DNA of 63,955 bases, filler included, from Octopus bimaculoides (GCF_001194135.2; 4 parts of 4 records of this genome joined end to end with filler, not necessarily neighbours in it); one strand, 5' to 3'; shown: positions 11,876-25,228, counted from the whole stretch's first letter. Made by a program: numbers and translations. The notes: generated from the sequence alone by a model not told the origin.

Positions 11876-12030
11876 GACAGTTAGACGATACAAAAAAGGA
11901 CAGAAAAAAACAAGGTCGGCTCATTCGGAGTTTTCTATCTTTAGTCGAGTTCCAGATTTTCTCAGCAGTTTCGGCCGCTTACATTCGAGACTGCTCCAAT
12001 CTGTATATATCATACTTGGTAAGATCTTCA
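11876..12030. repeat. Unclassified dispersed repeat, copy 2
   Basis: Direct repeat of 10615-10730. Confidence 0.6.
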
Positions 12031-12110
12031 GTCGAAAAGTGGGATCGTTTATGCACATAAATATGAATAAATTTTACATTTGCATAAGGTATTCATATAA
12101 ATGATATCAT

Positions 12111-12386
12111 AGAGTCTCCCGTTGAAGACGGCGTATGAGCGTGCAGCTTCTGCCGAACGACCTGCACAAATGATTTGTTAATGATGATCAAATGTTCGTG
12201 CCGCTCATCAAATCGACGTTGTCAGAACAGGTGCACTGTTTACTACACATCAGGTCTCGAAGTGTTCGCAGAGCAACGTGAAATGAAGTGTTTTGCTCAA
12301 GAACACAACGCACCACCCTATCTAGGAATTGAAATCAAGAGAGAGAGAGAGTGTGCAACACCCTAACTACTAACTCATGCGCCCTC
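12111..12386 (-). mobile_element. tRNA-derived SINE (A2-like head and core, different tail)
   Basis: The core TGTTCTTGAGCAAAACACTTCATTTCACGTTGCTC is shared with 2241-2550; the downstream tail is unrelated. Confidence 0.75.
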
Positions 12387-12691
12387 ATATTCATGTGTGT
12401 ATGTGTGTATGTGTGTGCGCGCGCACGTGTGTGTGTATAAATACATAAAGGCATTTGTTTAAAAGTATTTGTTTAAAAGTATATGTTACAGAAGAATGTA
12501 ACAAAGTAGAGAGACAAAATATTAAACAGTTACAAAGATATTTACATGATACTTCAGAAATATATTATTAGTTCTGAAATTTCGTGTTAAAAAGCCCTTA
12601 ATAAAGGTTTAAAGAACATGTATATACATATATATCATACATATTTACGTGTACACACGCACACACATAAACACACACATGTAAACACATA

Positions 12692-13030
12692 CAGGGTCTT
12701 GCAGAAAATTTAGACCAATTCTAAGCAACTGACTTAATGGGTTTAACATTTCGTTATTTGACAAAACCTTGCTTGCTTGAAAAACTAATCCTCCTCTATT
12801 TTTCAGGTAAATAGCGAACTGATTCGATAACAGAAAGTCATGGAACAACAGAATCGTCCCACCATGGTTGTTTTGGTTCATGCAAGGCACACTGCCAATA
12901 AAATTGTTTGTTAAGTTAATGAAACTTCCAAAAGCAACAGTTTATCGTGTGTATAAACAATTTAAAGAAGAGGGAAAGATTGATAGAAAAGAATACAAGA
13001 CTTGAAGTGATTACAAGCGCAATCCACGTA
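12692..13030 (+). mobile_element. 5' fragment of a Tc1/mariner-superfamily element (TIR and HTH start)
   Basis: TA followed by CAGGGTCTTGCAGAAAATTTAGACC. Frameshifted MEQQNRPTMVVLVHA...LPKATVYRVYKQFKEEG. Confidence 0.7.
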
Positions 13031-13050
13031 AGCACACATATATTTATTTA

Positions 13051-13102
<52 letters not shown>

Positions 13103-13430
13103 NNNNNNNNNNNNNNNNNNNNNNNNNNNNNNNNNNNNNNNNNNNNNNNNNNNNNNNNNNNNNNNNNNNNNNNNNNNNNNNNNNNNNNNNNNNNNNNNNN
13201 NNNNNNNNNNNNNNNNNNNNNNNNNNNNNNNNNNNNNNNNNNNNNNNNNNNNNNNNNNNNNNNNNNNNNNNNNNNNNNNNNNNNNNNNNNNNNNNNNNNN
13301 NNNNNNNNNNNNNNNNNNNNNNNNNNNNNNNNNNNNNNNNNNNNNNNNNNNNNNNNNNNNNNNNNNNNNNNNNNNNNNNNNNNNNNNNNNNNNNNNNNNN
13401 NNNNNNNNNNNNNNNNNNNNNNNNNNNNNN

Positions 13431-13469
<39 letters not shown>

Positions 13470-13509
13470 TATAGTCAACTAACTGTATATTTATGGGTGT
13501 TTATATATG

Positions 13510-13540
<31 letters not shown>

Positions 13541-13692
13541 TCGTGTGTACTTGTGTGCATGCATGTATATAGACATGCATACATACAAACATGCGTATGC
13601 ATTTATATGTGAACGAATTCATCTATACACATACATACACAACCACAATCGTACGTGTGCATGCACACACATATGCCTGTACATCTCTGTCA

Positions 13693-13829
13693 TTAATTCT
13701 TTATTTTGTATATTTTTCATTTTGTTTTTTTCTGGAGAACATTATTTTTCTTTGTGGTTGGGTCGTTGATGACGTCTTTCTAGCATATTGGATGTCCACC
13801 TAGTGGTCATCTCTTCTTATACGCATGTA
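13693..13829. repeat. Direct repeat, copy 1 (copy 2 at 15619-15787)
   Basis: Near-identical to 15619-15787 but lacks a ~32-bp internal segment. Confidence 0.85.
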
Positions 13830-13933
13830 ATACAATTTTTCTGAATTATATTTTTATATGCTAGACCACTGGTTTTAAATTGAAAATAATATTCAATTTA
13901 TTACCCTCAGTATATAAATATAAATATAAATAA

Positions 13934-14024
13934 CTAGCAGAAATACCCGGCGTTGCCCGGGTTAAAGAGAATAATGATATCTAAAAACGCCGTCTAGACT
14001 ACGCATCATCTTTATATATAGAGA
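13934..14024 (-). mobile_element. 91-bp mini-Helitron candidate
   Basis: Minus strand reads A^TCTCTATATATAAAG...ACCCGGGCAACGCCGGGT (hairpin)...CTAG^T. Confidence 0.68.
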
Positions 14025-14149
14025 TGTATATACACACACGCACCCAAACACACGTATATATATGTATATCAATATAAATATATGAAAGTCAATGAAGTTT
14101 CGTAAAAGAAGGTGATCATGTACATACTTTCTTGCTGTTGTGATTATAA

Positions 14150-14292
14150 CACCTCATTGTAAACTATGTTCCTTGTTTTCCCTAGTGGAGCATATACAAA
14201 TAGGTTTTTTGTTGCTGCCCACTCTTGAGCAGCCAACATACAGTTGTCCATGTGAGAAGCAGGGCTCTTCCAAGAGAAGACCAGCTACAGAC
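14150..14292 (-). mobile_element. Helitron PIF1-like helicase C-terminal fragment
   Basis: VAGLLLEEPCFSHGQLYVGCSRVG, then after a frameshift LFVYAPLGKTRNIVYNEVL*. Cut by an N gap. Confidence 0.85.
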
Positions 14293-15142
14293 ANNNNNNN
14301 NNNNNNNNNNNNNNNNNNNNNNNNNNNNNNNNNNNNNNNNNNNNNNNNNNNNNNNNNNNNNNNNNNNNNNNNNNNNNNNNNNNNNNNNNNNNNNNNNNNN
14401 NNNNNNNNNNNNNNNNNNNNNNNNNNNNNNNNNNNNNNNNNNNNNNNNNNNNNNNNNNNNNNNNNNNNNNNNNNNNNNNNNNNNNNNNNNNNNNNNNNNN
14501 NNNNNNNNNNNNNNNNNNNNNNNNNNNNNNNNNNNNNNNNNNNNNNNNNNNNNNNNNNNNNNNNNNNNNNNNNNNNNNNNNNNNNNNNNNNNNNNNNNNN
14601 NNNNNNNNNNNNNNNNNNNNNNNNNNNNNNNNNNNNNNNNNNNNNNNNNNNNNNNNNNNNNNNNNNNNNNNNNNNNNNNNNNNNNNNNNNNNNNNNNNNN
14701 NNNNNNNNNNNNNNNNNNNNNNNNNNNNNNNNNNNNNNNNNNNNNNNNNNNNNNNNNNNNNNNNNNNNNNNNNNNNNNNNNNNNNNNNNNNNNNNNNNNN
14801 NNNNNNNNNNNNNNNNNNNNNNNNNNNNNNNNNNNNNNNNNNNNNNNNNNNNNNNNNNNNNNNNNNNNNNNNNNNNNNNNNNNNNNNNNNNNNNNNNNNN
14901 NNNNNNNNNNNNNNNNNNNNNNNNNNNNNNNNNNNNNNNNNNNNNNNNNNNNNNNNNNNNNNNNNNNNNNNNNNNNNNNNNNNNNNNNNNNNNNNNNNNN
15001 NNNNNNNNNNNNNNNNNNNNNNNNNNNNNNNNNNNNNNNNNNNNNNNNNNNNNNNNNNNNNNNNNNNNNNNNNNNNNNNNNNNNNNNNNNNNNNNNNNNN
15101 NNNNNNNNNNNNNNNNNNNNNNNNNNNNNNNNNNNNNNNNNN

Positions 15143-15300
15143 NTACTTAAATAGTGGAGGAGATATTATGTTGCCGTGTGCTCGAACTCTGCAAGAAGTT
15201 AATAATTTTTTTTGACTAAAACACAACTGGAACCCTAAGTAAGGCATGTGTAAAATTTGAATGAAATTGGTTGCGTAGTTCTCGAGTTTTAGGGATTCAC

Positions 15301-15331
<31 letters not shown>

Positions 15332-15365
15332 TACAGACACACATTCTCATTTTTATATATATAGA
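15143..15365 (-). mobile_element. 5' end of a non-autonomous Helitron
   Basis: A^TCTATATATATAAAAATGAGAATG followed by a (TCTG)n tract; the remainder is in the gap. Confidence 0.72.
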
Positions 15366-15618
15366 TTATGTTCTCTAGCCGGCAGCATATACTGCAGTGA
15401 ATTACCCTTTGCAGAACTGTTTCCGGAATTCTAGCGCGCCAGAGCTGAGACATTTGAAGATAACCCCAATGTAATCGGTAGAACTGTACGCACGTCAAAT
15501 TTTATGAAGACAATTCGTGTATAGTTCTGCAAATTATATTGATTTTAGAACGATTGTGCTGACGAACCTCGGATGTTTTTACGTAAGTAAAAGAGTTGAT
15601 GGCAAAACCGGTACACAA

Positions 15619-15787
15619 TTAATTCTTTATTTTGTATATTTTTCATTTTGTCCTGCCCGCCTAAGCTCTGGTGTTTGCTGAATTTTTTTTCTGGAGAACA
15701 TTATTTTTCTTTGTGGTCGGGTCGTTGATGACCTCTTTCTAGCATATTGGATGTCCACCTAGTGGTTATCCCTTCTTATACGCATGT
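15619..15787. repeat. Direct repeat, copy 2
   Basis: Matches 13693-13829. Confidence 0.85.
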
Positions 15788-15807
15788 ATATATATATAGA
15801 TATATAG

Positions 15808-15840
<33 letters not shown>

Positions 15841-15866
15841 TGTATGTATGCATACATTTACATATA

Positions 15867-16029
15867 GGCGCAGGGGTAACTGTGTAGTAAGAAGCTTGCT
15901 TCCCAACTACATGGTTTCGGGTTCAGTCCCACTGCGTGGTACCTTGGGCAAAAATCGGCTTCTATAGCCTCGGACCGACCAAAGCCTTGTGAGTGGACTT
16001 GGTAGACGGAAACTGAAAGAATTCTGTCG

Positions 16030-16128
<99 letters not shown>

Positions 16129-16335
16129 TTGTCTTCGTGTTTAAATTTGTCCCACCACTATTTGATAACCGGTGTTAATGCGTTTGCGTCCCCGTAATTT
16201 AGTGCTTCGGCAATGGCAACCGATAGAATAAGTACCAGGCTTAAAAAATATGTACTGAGTCGATTCATTCGACTAAAAATTCAAGACGGTGCTCTAGCAC
16301 GGCTGCAGTCTAATGACTGAAACAAGTTGAAAAAA
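15867..16335 (+). mobile_element. tRNA-derived SINE family B with internal microsatellite
   Basis: GGCGCAGG..GGTTCAGTCCC head, ACCTTGGGCAA core, internal (TA)n(CA)n/(TG)n, tail ATAAGTACC...CGACTAA...ATGACTGAAAC. Confidence 0.88.
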
Positions 16336-16861
16336 GATTCTGTGAACTGTGCTTATATTTGTGGGTATTTGCATACTTACGGACCTGCGTGCCTATTTTT
16401 GTGAGTTTATGTCTATCTATATGTGCATTTATATTTCATATAGCTACTGATGTTGAGTGAACAACGAACACCAGAAATTAAGAACAACAACTGTCAATAA
16501 TAAATGTAAACCGTTGAACTGTACTGATTATAGTTCACAGCCTAGAGGCAACCAATTTCGAAGATACAATCAAATCACATATTAATCACAACCTTTTAAC
16601 CTTTTCTTTCTTCTATCTGCGATCATGTTTTTCGCTGGCCGCCATTTTGGGCAAAAAAAAGAGAGAGAAAATTACAGATCAATAATCACTTGTTATTTTT
16701 TCTCTTCGAGCAAATTTATGTATTTTTCCTATTACAATATAATTTTCAATTCCAATGTTTCAATAATTTGTCTTTTATCATTATTTTTGTAATCTGACTG
16801 CCACGTGCAAAATTTAAGAAAACGACATTTTCCACTCGGAGGTTTCGTTCATTTGGATTGC

Positions 16862-16929
<68 letters not shown>

Positions 16930-17027
16930 ACTGAAGAAATCATTATAACTGGTTTTTAAATGTTTCTACAAGTTCTTGTTTCACGTCGATTTACTTGCAA
17001 CTATTTCTCTTTTTTAAACGTTTTCAT

Positions 17028-17078
<51 letters not shown>

Positions 17079-18180
17079 ATTGTTAGTTGTAGTAGTTGTT
17101 CTTGTGGTTTAATTCTAAGTCATCCCCAAAGAACGGCCTTATAGTAAAAGGTATTTATGATGTGAACCCATTTTTTATTCTATTTGAAGAACAACAGTGT
17201 CCACTGCGACCTTTTTTTGTTAGACGATAAAAACATCATTTAAGGGAACTTTGGCTGCCGTTTGTCTCTATTAGCGTAGCTAGAACTATTGCCATTTGGG
17301 GGATGTCCTTGAGTTTGCTGACTTCTATCATCACCACTAAAAGCACAAAACATTATGCTTCATGAATGCCGTACCTCCTTCTCAAAAATTCCACTTAGAG
17401 TGGACAACTCCGTCGCTCCATTTATCTATGGTAGTGGCTCTCTCTTTGGCTCCTATAAACATTTTCACATTGATGATAGTAGTAGCTGTTATGATAGCAG
17501 TGGTGGTATGATTGATGTGTTGGTATTAGTGGTAGTAGTGGTTGTAGTGATGGTGATGATAATGTTTTATAGGTGGTAGTTGATATATTGCGAATAGCGA
17601 TGTTTAATATGAGACAGTAAAATGATTTAAATTACAGTTGTTGTAACTGCGGTGATATAGACAACAGTATATGATAAATAACTGATATACGAGGTCACAT
17701 TTGATGGACATATTCTATATACACACTCACTGAACAGCTGCGGCATATAGATTGATGTTGAATAGACAGTCAAAGAAAAGAGATATGAAATAGAGGTAGT
17801 GAGTAGACGTGTGTGGGATGATGACTAGATGGACTGACATATTCAGTGAAATGTTGATTAAAAAGATAGTCTGTTGATGACGTCTGAAGAGATCACAACC
17901 TGAAAATGTCTCAGAGATAATCTATGTTTATACATGCACACATACATACATACATACATACATACGTACGTACATACATACATACGTACGTACATACATA
18001 TCTATATACGTAAAAACATATGTGTGTGCTTCTGTGTGCACATATGTGTGTGCTTGTGCATGCATACTTATGTTCTTGTGTGTATAAGCATTCACATGCA
18101 TATGTATGTAAGTATACATAGATAAATATACATAAGATGTCTCATATATAAATATGTGAGATATCTTTTAAATGTATATA

Positions 18181-18342
18181 GGCGCATGAGTAGCTGTGTG
18201 GTAAGTAGCTTGTTTACCAACCACATGGTTCCGGGTTCAATCCCACTGCGTGGTACCTTGGGCAAGTGTCTTCTACTATAGCCTCGGGCCGACCAAAGCC
18301 TTATGAGTGGATTTCGTAGACGGAAACTGAAAGAAGCCCGTC

Positions 18343-18388
<46 letters not shown>

Positions 18389-18620
18389 TATGTATATGTG
18401 TGTGTAGTTTTTGTTTGTTTCTGTGTTTGTCCCTCCACTATCACTTAGCAACCGATGCTGGTGTGTTTACATCCCCGTAAATTAGCGGTTCAGAAAAAGC
18501 GACAGATAGAATAAGTACTAGGCTTGCAAAGAATAAGTCCTGGGGTCGATTTGTTCGACTAAAGGCGGTGCTCAAGCATGGCTACAGTCAAATGACTGAA
18601 ATAAGTAAAAGAGTAAAAGA
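18181..18620 (+). mobile_element. SINE family B
   Basis: Colinear with 15867-16335; ends in GTAAAAGAGTAAAAGA. Confidence 0.9.
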
Positions 18621-18702
18621 ATATATTTGCACATATATATGCATATATATAAATATATGTACATGTTTGTACGTATATAGATATGTACGTATGTATGTAT
18701 AC

Positions 18703-18735
<33 letters not shown>

Positions 18736-18759
18736 CATATATATACATACATACATACA

Positions 18760-18791
<32 letters not shown>

Positions 18792-19076
18792 CTTACATAA
18801 ATACATACATATNNNNNNNNNNNNNNNNNNNNNNNNNNNNNNNNNNNNNNNNNNNNNNNNNNNNNNNNNNNNNNNNNNNNNNNNNNNNNNNNNNNNNNNN
18901 NNNNNNNNNNNNNNNNNNNNNNNNNNNNNNNNNNNNNNNNNNNNNNNNNNNNNNNNNNNNNNNNNNNNNNNNNNNNNNNNNNNNNNNNNNNNNNNNNNNN
19001 NNNNNNNNNNNNNNNNNNNNNNNNNNNNNNNNNNNNNNNNNNNNNNNNNNNNNNNNNNNNNNNNNNNNNNNNNNNN

Positions 19077-19156
<80 letters not shown>

Positions 19157-19689
19157 GTAAAGACTTACTGTTGACAAAGTCTGCGTGGCGTTCAATAATA
19201 AATAATTAAAAATACACATTAAGTACAGGTCATCACCAGCGAATAAAAAAATACGTAAACACACGAGAGATAAGTACAAGACAAATACAAAAAAAAATAC
19301 AAACAAAAAATGCACATTAAGTACAAGTTATCACAACGAGTGAAAAATACGTAAACACACAGAGATAAGTGCAGGACAAAATACCAATGGAAGTCTAACT
19401 CCTCCTCAGTTGTCGACTGTTTATTACTACCTGTTTCGAGTTTTCAACGACAACACAGGAAAACTTCATAATACAGCAGCAACCAGAAATTTAGAAATAT
19501 AAAATTTATGGAAAGTTAGATCTTCGAACGAACAAACGACACTAGAGTGGACTTACAGAGTAAACAATCGATGAGACAAACATTAAGGGCCGTTAGGCCA
19601 AGACGAATGGCTAACGCCTGGGAAAAATTTTGAAAGGATATAGAATAAATAGAAGAGGAAAATAGAATAGAGAAAAATATCGTTTGGAG

Positions 19690-21850
19690 ATTAGACAAAT
19701 AAGTCTTGTTGGGGCAACCAACATAAAGTTGACCATGAGAAAAGCAAGGCTCAATTAAGTGCAAGCCAGTAGATTTCAAAATCTGACCTTGAGCTTTATT
19801 AATAGAATTTGCAAAGCGAAGTCTCACTGGGAATTGTGTTCGTTTGAACTCAAATGACATGTCTGTTGGTTTGATTGGAATTCTCGGAATGAAAACCTGT
19901 TCCTCAGAGGCAAATCCGGTGATGATGGTAGCTTCTATTACATTAGGTGATGATGTCTTTACAATCAACCTTGTCCCATTGCATAATTTAGGAGGATTTA
20001 AGTTTCTTAGAAGCATTATTAGGACTCTTACCTTCAGAAAAAGTTTATGTGGATGAGTTCCAGGCGGCTTGAGAATAAGGAACTCTGTTGGGTAATGGAC
20101 AGCTTAATTTTCATCAAGGACTGAATCAACTGATTTGTACTCCTTAATGACTGTTGGAATCTTATTCATTAATTCATGGTTAATCCTTGTTACTGTCTCA
20201 ATTTTTGGAGCATGAATTGCCCTTTCACACAATCATGTATGTGAATTATAATTATTAATTAAGTCTTGAAATACTCTGTTCTTCAATTCGGCTGGGGAAT
20301 TCACCATGAACCAAGTTGATATCCCTATTCCCATCAAATGGTACTTTCCCCATTTCCTAATTGGAGGAGCCAGGTTGAAAACTGTTTCGCACATTGGTCC
20401 CCATATAATAAAGCACGCACGTTATTATTGAAGGAAAATTTCTGTACTTTATTCCATAGGTGTGAAGACTTAATGCATGCTTTTATTTCATCAGGTCTTG
20501 TTCGTCTCGGAATGACTGGTAATGTCTGTCTGAAGTCTCTTGATAAAACTAATGTAATTCCTCCCATAAATTTATTGTTACCTCTTATGTCCAGTAAGGT
20601 CTTATCAAAAGCTTCCATTGCACGTCTATGTGACATGGTGCATTCATCCTAAATGATCTGGTGGTATTGGCGCCGCTCTTCTGCTGAGCCTGAACCGTTG
20701 CTTATCTTACAAATTGGACTGTCATTTGTGACCAGGTTTAGCGGTAATTTAAAAGCAGAATGAGCTGTTCATCCTTCAGGGAGAATGATGGCAGCAATGC
20801 CAAACCATGCTACAGCAACTGCAATTCTTTTTTGTTGTCTTACCTTGGAGAGAAGCAATGTTGTTATAGATGTTTTACCTGTGCTACCAGGAGCATGAAG
20901 AAAGAAAATTCCTCCGATTTTTTCTCTGACTGACGAAATAATTTTATCATATGCACAACGTTGTTTTGGAAAAAGTTCAGGTTCATGTTCATTCACAAAT
21001 GCAACCAGCTCTGTGGTATAATTTGTCTCTCTTGCTATGTCTCTTGAAGTTAAACCACTAACTTGACAGTGTGTTTTTGGTAGTCAAGAGCCAGACACTT
21101 GCAAAATTTTGCCTCCCATGGTCAAAACTTGATTTTCAATTTCAATCAGTGCTTGGTAAAAAATTGTTTCAGAGAACTGAATATTGATATCTAGGTTTGC
21201 CTGTTGAACTGCATACTTTAAGTCCTCAGCCATGTCCTCACGATGTTTCATCCAAAGCTGTAGGGGACTACTATGTTAACATATGTTCAATATAATTGCA
21301 AAAACGTAATGGAGTTTCCTTGGAGAATCTGACATTGATGCTTCAGTCAATGCAAGGTCCTAATGCTCATCATTTTCTAAAAAACCTTGTTGATAGCATG
21401 CTTCCCGATAAGTTTCCCAATAAGTTTCGCACGCATAACCATTTACCCTCCTCGAATCTTGGAATGATTTGGGACCACGTACTTCATGCAAAAGGAGCCG
21501 TAAGTAGTAACATTCTTCTTAACTTGCAAGAGCGTCAACCCCACGTTTCCTCTTGTGCCATTTATAGTTTCTCCGGGTGTAATACTTGGGTAATTGTGGG
21601 TAAAGGAGTTTTCTTGCATCTTCAGCTACTTGCCACAACTTAAAAAAGGCAGCAAGAGTTCCGCCAAACAGCCTCATTAGTGCTGATGTATCTTCCTCTA
21701 TCATACTGCGCAACTTCGTCATTGTTATTTATCTGTTGACTGCCATTCTGCATAAGAGTATATGTTGCAGCATCTAAACATTTGTTATATACTTGCAAAC
21801 ATACTTAAGAGAGTTAACAGAGATACAGAAGTGAACAATGACTCTGGCTA
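19690..21850 (-). mobile_element. Helitron RepHel pseudogene (Rep motif 3 and PIF1 helicase), internally deleted
   Basis: SLKYVCKY (Rep Y2 motif 3), DEVAQY..GRYISTNEAVWR, TLAAFF..LLYPQLPKYYT, HAPGSTGKT (Walker A), DFRQTLPV, LLRNLNPPKLCNGTRL, QFPVRL..INKAQGQ and CFSHGQLYVGC. Multiple stops and frameshifts. Confidence 0.95.
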
Positions 21851-22328
21851 CCTGAGCTCGTCTTTGCTTCACTGGAGAATACGGATCATCGACATCTTCG
21901 GAAACTTTTTTGAAAATTAAAATGGGATTAAATGAAAGAATGAGTTACGTGAATATTTTCACAAAAATGATTGAAATAAATGGCGACTGTGGAACGCCGC
22001 ACGCACGCGTACGCACGCGCACGCACGCGCACGCACACACACACACATACACACACACACACACATAAACATACATACAGTATCAAACATCAGATAAAAT
22101 GGTGGCGCGCGCGCGTGTGTGTGAGAGAGAGCGACTGAAGGTTTGTGTTGTCATGTATACGCACATACATAAATAAAAGTGCATGTATCTTTTTTGTATA
22201 TGTGTGCGTGTGTGCGTGTGCGTGTGTGCGTGTGTGCGTGTGCGTGTGTGCGTGTGTGCGTGTGCGTGTGTGTATGCGCGTGTGTGTGTGAGAGAGAGAG
22301 AGAGAGTGTAAGTGTCACTTAGACATTA

Positions 22329-22380
<52 letters not shown>

Positions 22381-22902
22381 ATTTATCTATCTCACACACG
22401 CATACGCGCACACACATACATACAGAAATGATATATGCATATGTATTTATGTATCTGCGTATACAGGACAACACACCCCATCACTCTCTCGCTATCTCTC
22501 TCACACACATACACACACATACACACAAACACACACATACATAAATGTATACAAATGTACATACGTATACAGGACAACACACCCTTCTCTCTCTCACACA
22601 CACACATAAACACATATATCTATGTATGTGTGATATATATGTATACATATTGACAAGCACATACAGAGAGAGTAATATGTTTGCAAAGAGAGTACAAATA
22701 AAGTAAACAATGTGTACTCGAGTATAGATTTTTGTCAAAATCATTGTTTAATTGTAAATATTACTTCAAATTTTACACAGACCAAGCAATCTTCTGATGT
22801 ATCTCTGAAGAAAGTTTTTTTCCAAAACGTCTTATGTTGTTTGATACTCGACCTTTTTTCCCAAGCTCCTGTCTCTCACTCTCTCCTCTCTCTCTCTCTC
22901 TC

Positions 22903-22933
<31 letters not shown>

Positions 22934-24023
22934 GTATATATATATATATATATATTTACGACTGACTTTTCATCTACCAAATACACTTTCAAGGGTTCTA
23001 GTCGACTCGGGTGTATACTGAGAAGGTGCCATNNNNNNNNNNNNNNNNNNNNNNNNNNNNNNNNNNNNNNNNNNNNNNNNNNNNNNNNNNNNNNNNNNNN
23101 NNNNNNNNNNNNNNNNNNNNNNNNNNNNNNNNNNNNNNNNNNNNNNNNNNNNNNNNNNNNNNNNNNNNNNNNNNNNNNNNNNNNNNNNNNNNNNNNNNNN
23201 NNNNNNNNNNNNNNNNNNNNNNNNNNNNNNNNNNNNNNNNNNNNNNNNNNNNNNNNNNNNNNNNNNNNNNNNNNNNNNNNNNNNNNNNNNNNNNNNNNNN
23301 NNNNNNNNNNNNNNNNNNNNNNNNNNNNNNNNNNNNNNNNNNNNNNNNNNNNNNNNNNNNNNNNNNNNNNNNNNNNNNNNNNNNNNNNNNNNNNNNNNNN
23401 NNNNNNNNNNNNNNNNNNNNNNNNNNNNNNNNNNNNNNNNNNNNNNNNNNNNNNNNNNNNNNNNNNNNNNNNNNNNNNNNNNNNNNNNNNNNNNNNNNNN
23501 NNNNNNNNNNCCAAGCCGAAAACACAAAACAATGAACAGGCGGTGAACGAGAGACATTAGAAAATAGTAGCACGACCATTAGCTAACCCCCTTTTTCTGC
23601 TGCTACAATCACACCTATCCAACAACAATTATCTTCAAACTCCATCGATGTTTTGTCGTTCGTAGCAACATTGTTTACGAAAAAATTAAAACCTCACCGA
23701 ATATCAATATTATTGTATGTATGTTTGTATGTATGTATGTATATATAATATATAAAATATATATAAAGTATGCTAAGAACATTTATAGAACACGTAACCT
23801 ATAGAAACTCAACAAACAATTAAAGATGGGGGAGAGAAGGTGTTATAAGTTTTAAAAAATATTTAATCCATGCATACGATCGTTTCGAACAGTAATATTA
23901 ACATGTAAATAACATGGTAAAAAATTAATTTAATTATAATGAAATTAATTACATATTACTGTTCTCCTCAGTGCGATAAAAAGAATGCATCAATAAGAAT
24001 ACATCAGAAGAATGTTATACTGT

Positions 24024-24072
<49 letters not shown>

Positions 24073-24359
24073 ATGGTCTTCAGAAAAAGTGGTTTAAGCT
24101 ACTTAGAATAAAGAACTCAATACACGAGTTTCAGTAGGTTTAGTCAACAATCATGAGTTCCTGACGAGCCCTGTGATGTAACAAAATATATTTTGTTGAA
24201 CTCACAGTTTGTGGATCAAGCGTCAATACACACACAGACACACAGACACACATACACACATACAGACGCGCGCGCGCACACACACACACACACACGCACG
24301 CACGCACACAAATGCACACATATATACATATAAGAATTTTTAAACTTTGCGAAACATGA

Positions 24360-25228
24360 AATAAATAACAGGAATGAAATTCAAAGAAAACACGTTAAAC
24401 AGACTGATGAGAAACCTTTGCATAATCACTTTTGGAAAACCACTAAGGAAGTATGTGGAACAAAATACTGGATTTGGTTGAAAAAGGGGTAATTGAAAGA
24501 AGAAGGAGAGAGAGCCTTATAGCAGCTCAATTTAAGCGCTGCAAACAAACAACTTGAGAAAAAATATCTATGGCGCGAAGGTGTCAGCAAAATGTAGAGC
24601 ATGTGGAATTTGGGATAAAACAATGGCACACACTGTTGCAGAATGCCTCAAGTTAGCCTAGGAAGAATACAAGAAATGAAGGCATGACCAATTTGTGAAA
24701 GTTTTGCACCGGATGTTTTGTCATAAGTGGGGGTTGAAGCTGGAAGGACTTGGTATAGACTTGGTATAAAAAGAGTCTTGACCCGGAAAATGAAACATTT
24801 TATGAGATTTTCCAATTCAAACGGATAAGATAATAGAATTTAGCAAGCCAGGCTTAACAATTATAGACAAGGAAAAGTAAATTTGCTTACTGATTGATCC
24901 ATCATGTCCATTTAATTCCAGGATTGTGAAGAAAGATGAACTGTTAAAAAATACAGTCTCTTAAAATTTGAGATTGCGAAGATTTGGAACATGAAATCTG
25001 TAATGGTTATATCTGTAACAGATTGTGACTTATGGATTAATGACATAGACAAATGGTTATAGAAGATTGGATTGGAATGTCCTGTAGAACGTCTATAGAA
25101 GGTTTGCCTCTTAGGAACAGGAAAAAGCATCAGAAGGGTTTTGAGCACTTGACGGCTTATTGAAATCATGTGGATACCTATGGTTACAAGAAGAAACTCG
25201 ATGCCCACATAAATTCAACTAGGAATAA
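24360..25228 (+). mobile_element. R4/Dong-like RLE LINE 3' fragment (pseudogene)
   Basis: WLKKG*LKEEGESL..AAQ, CRACG....TMAHTVAEC, RHDQFV, DFPIQTDK...KPGLTIIDK, LLIDPSCP, LLGTGKSIRRVLST* (stop at 25150-25152). Confidence 0.9.

Noticed and set aside
16639-16648. YY1-like CCGCCATTTT motif (and a lone ETS motif near 48024)
   Set aside because: Single short motifs are expected by chance in 64 kb.
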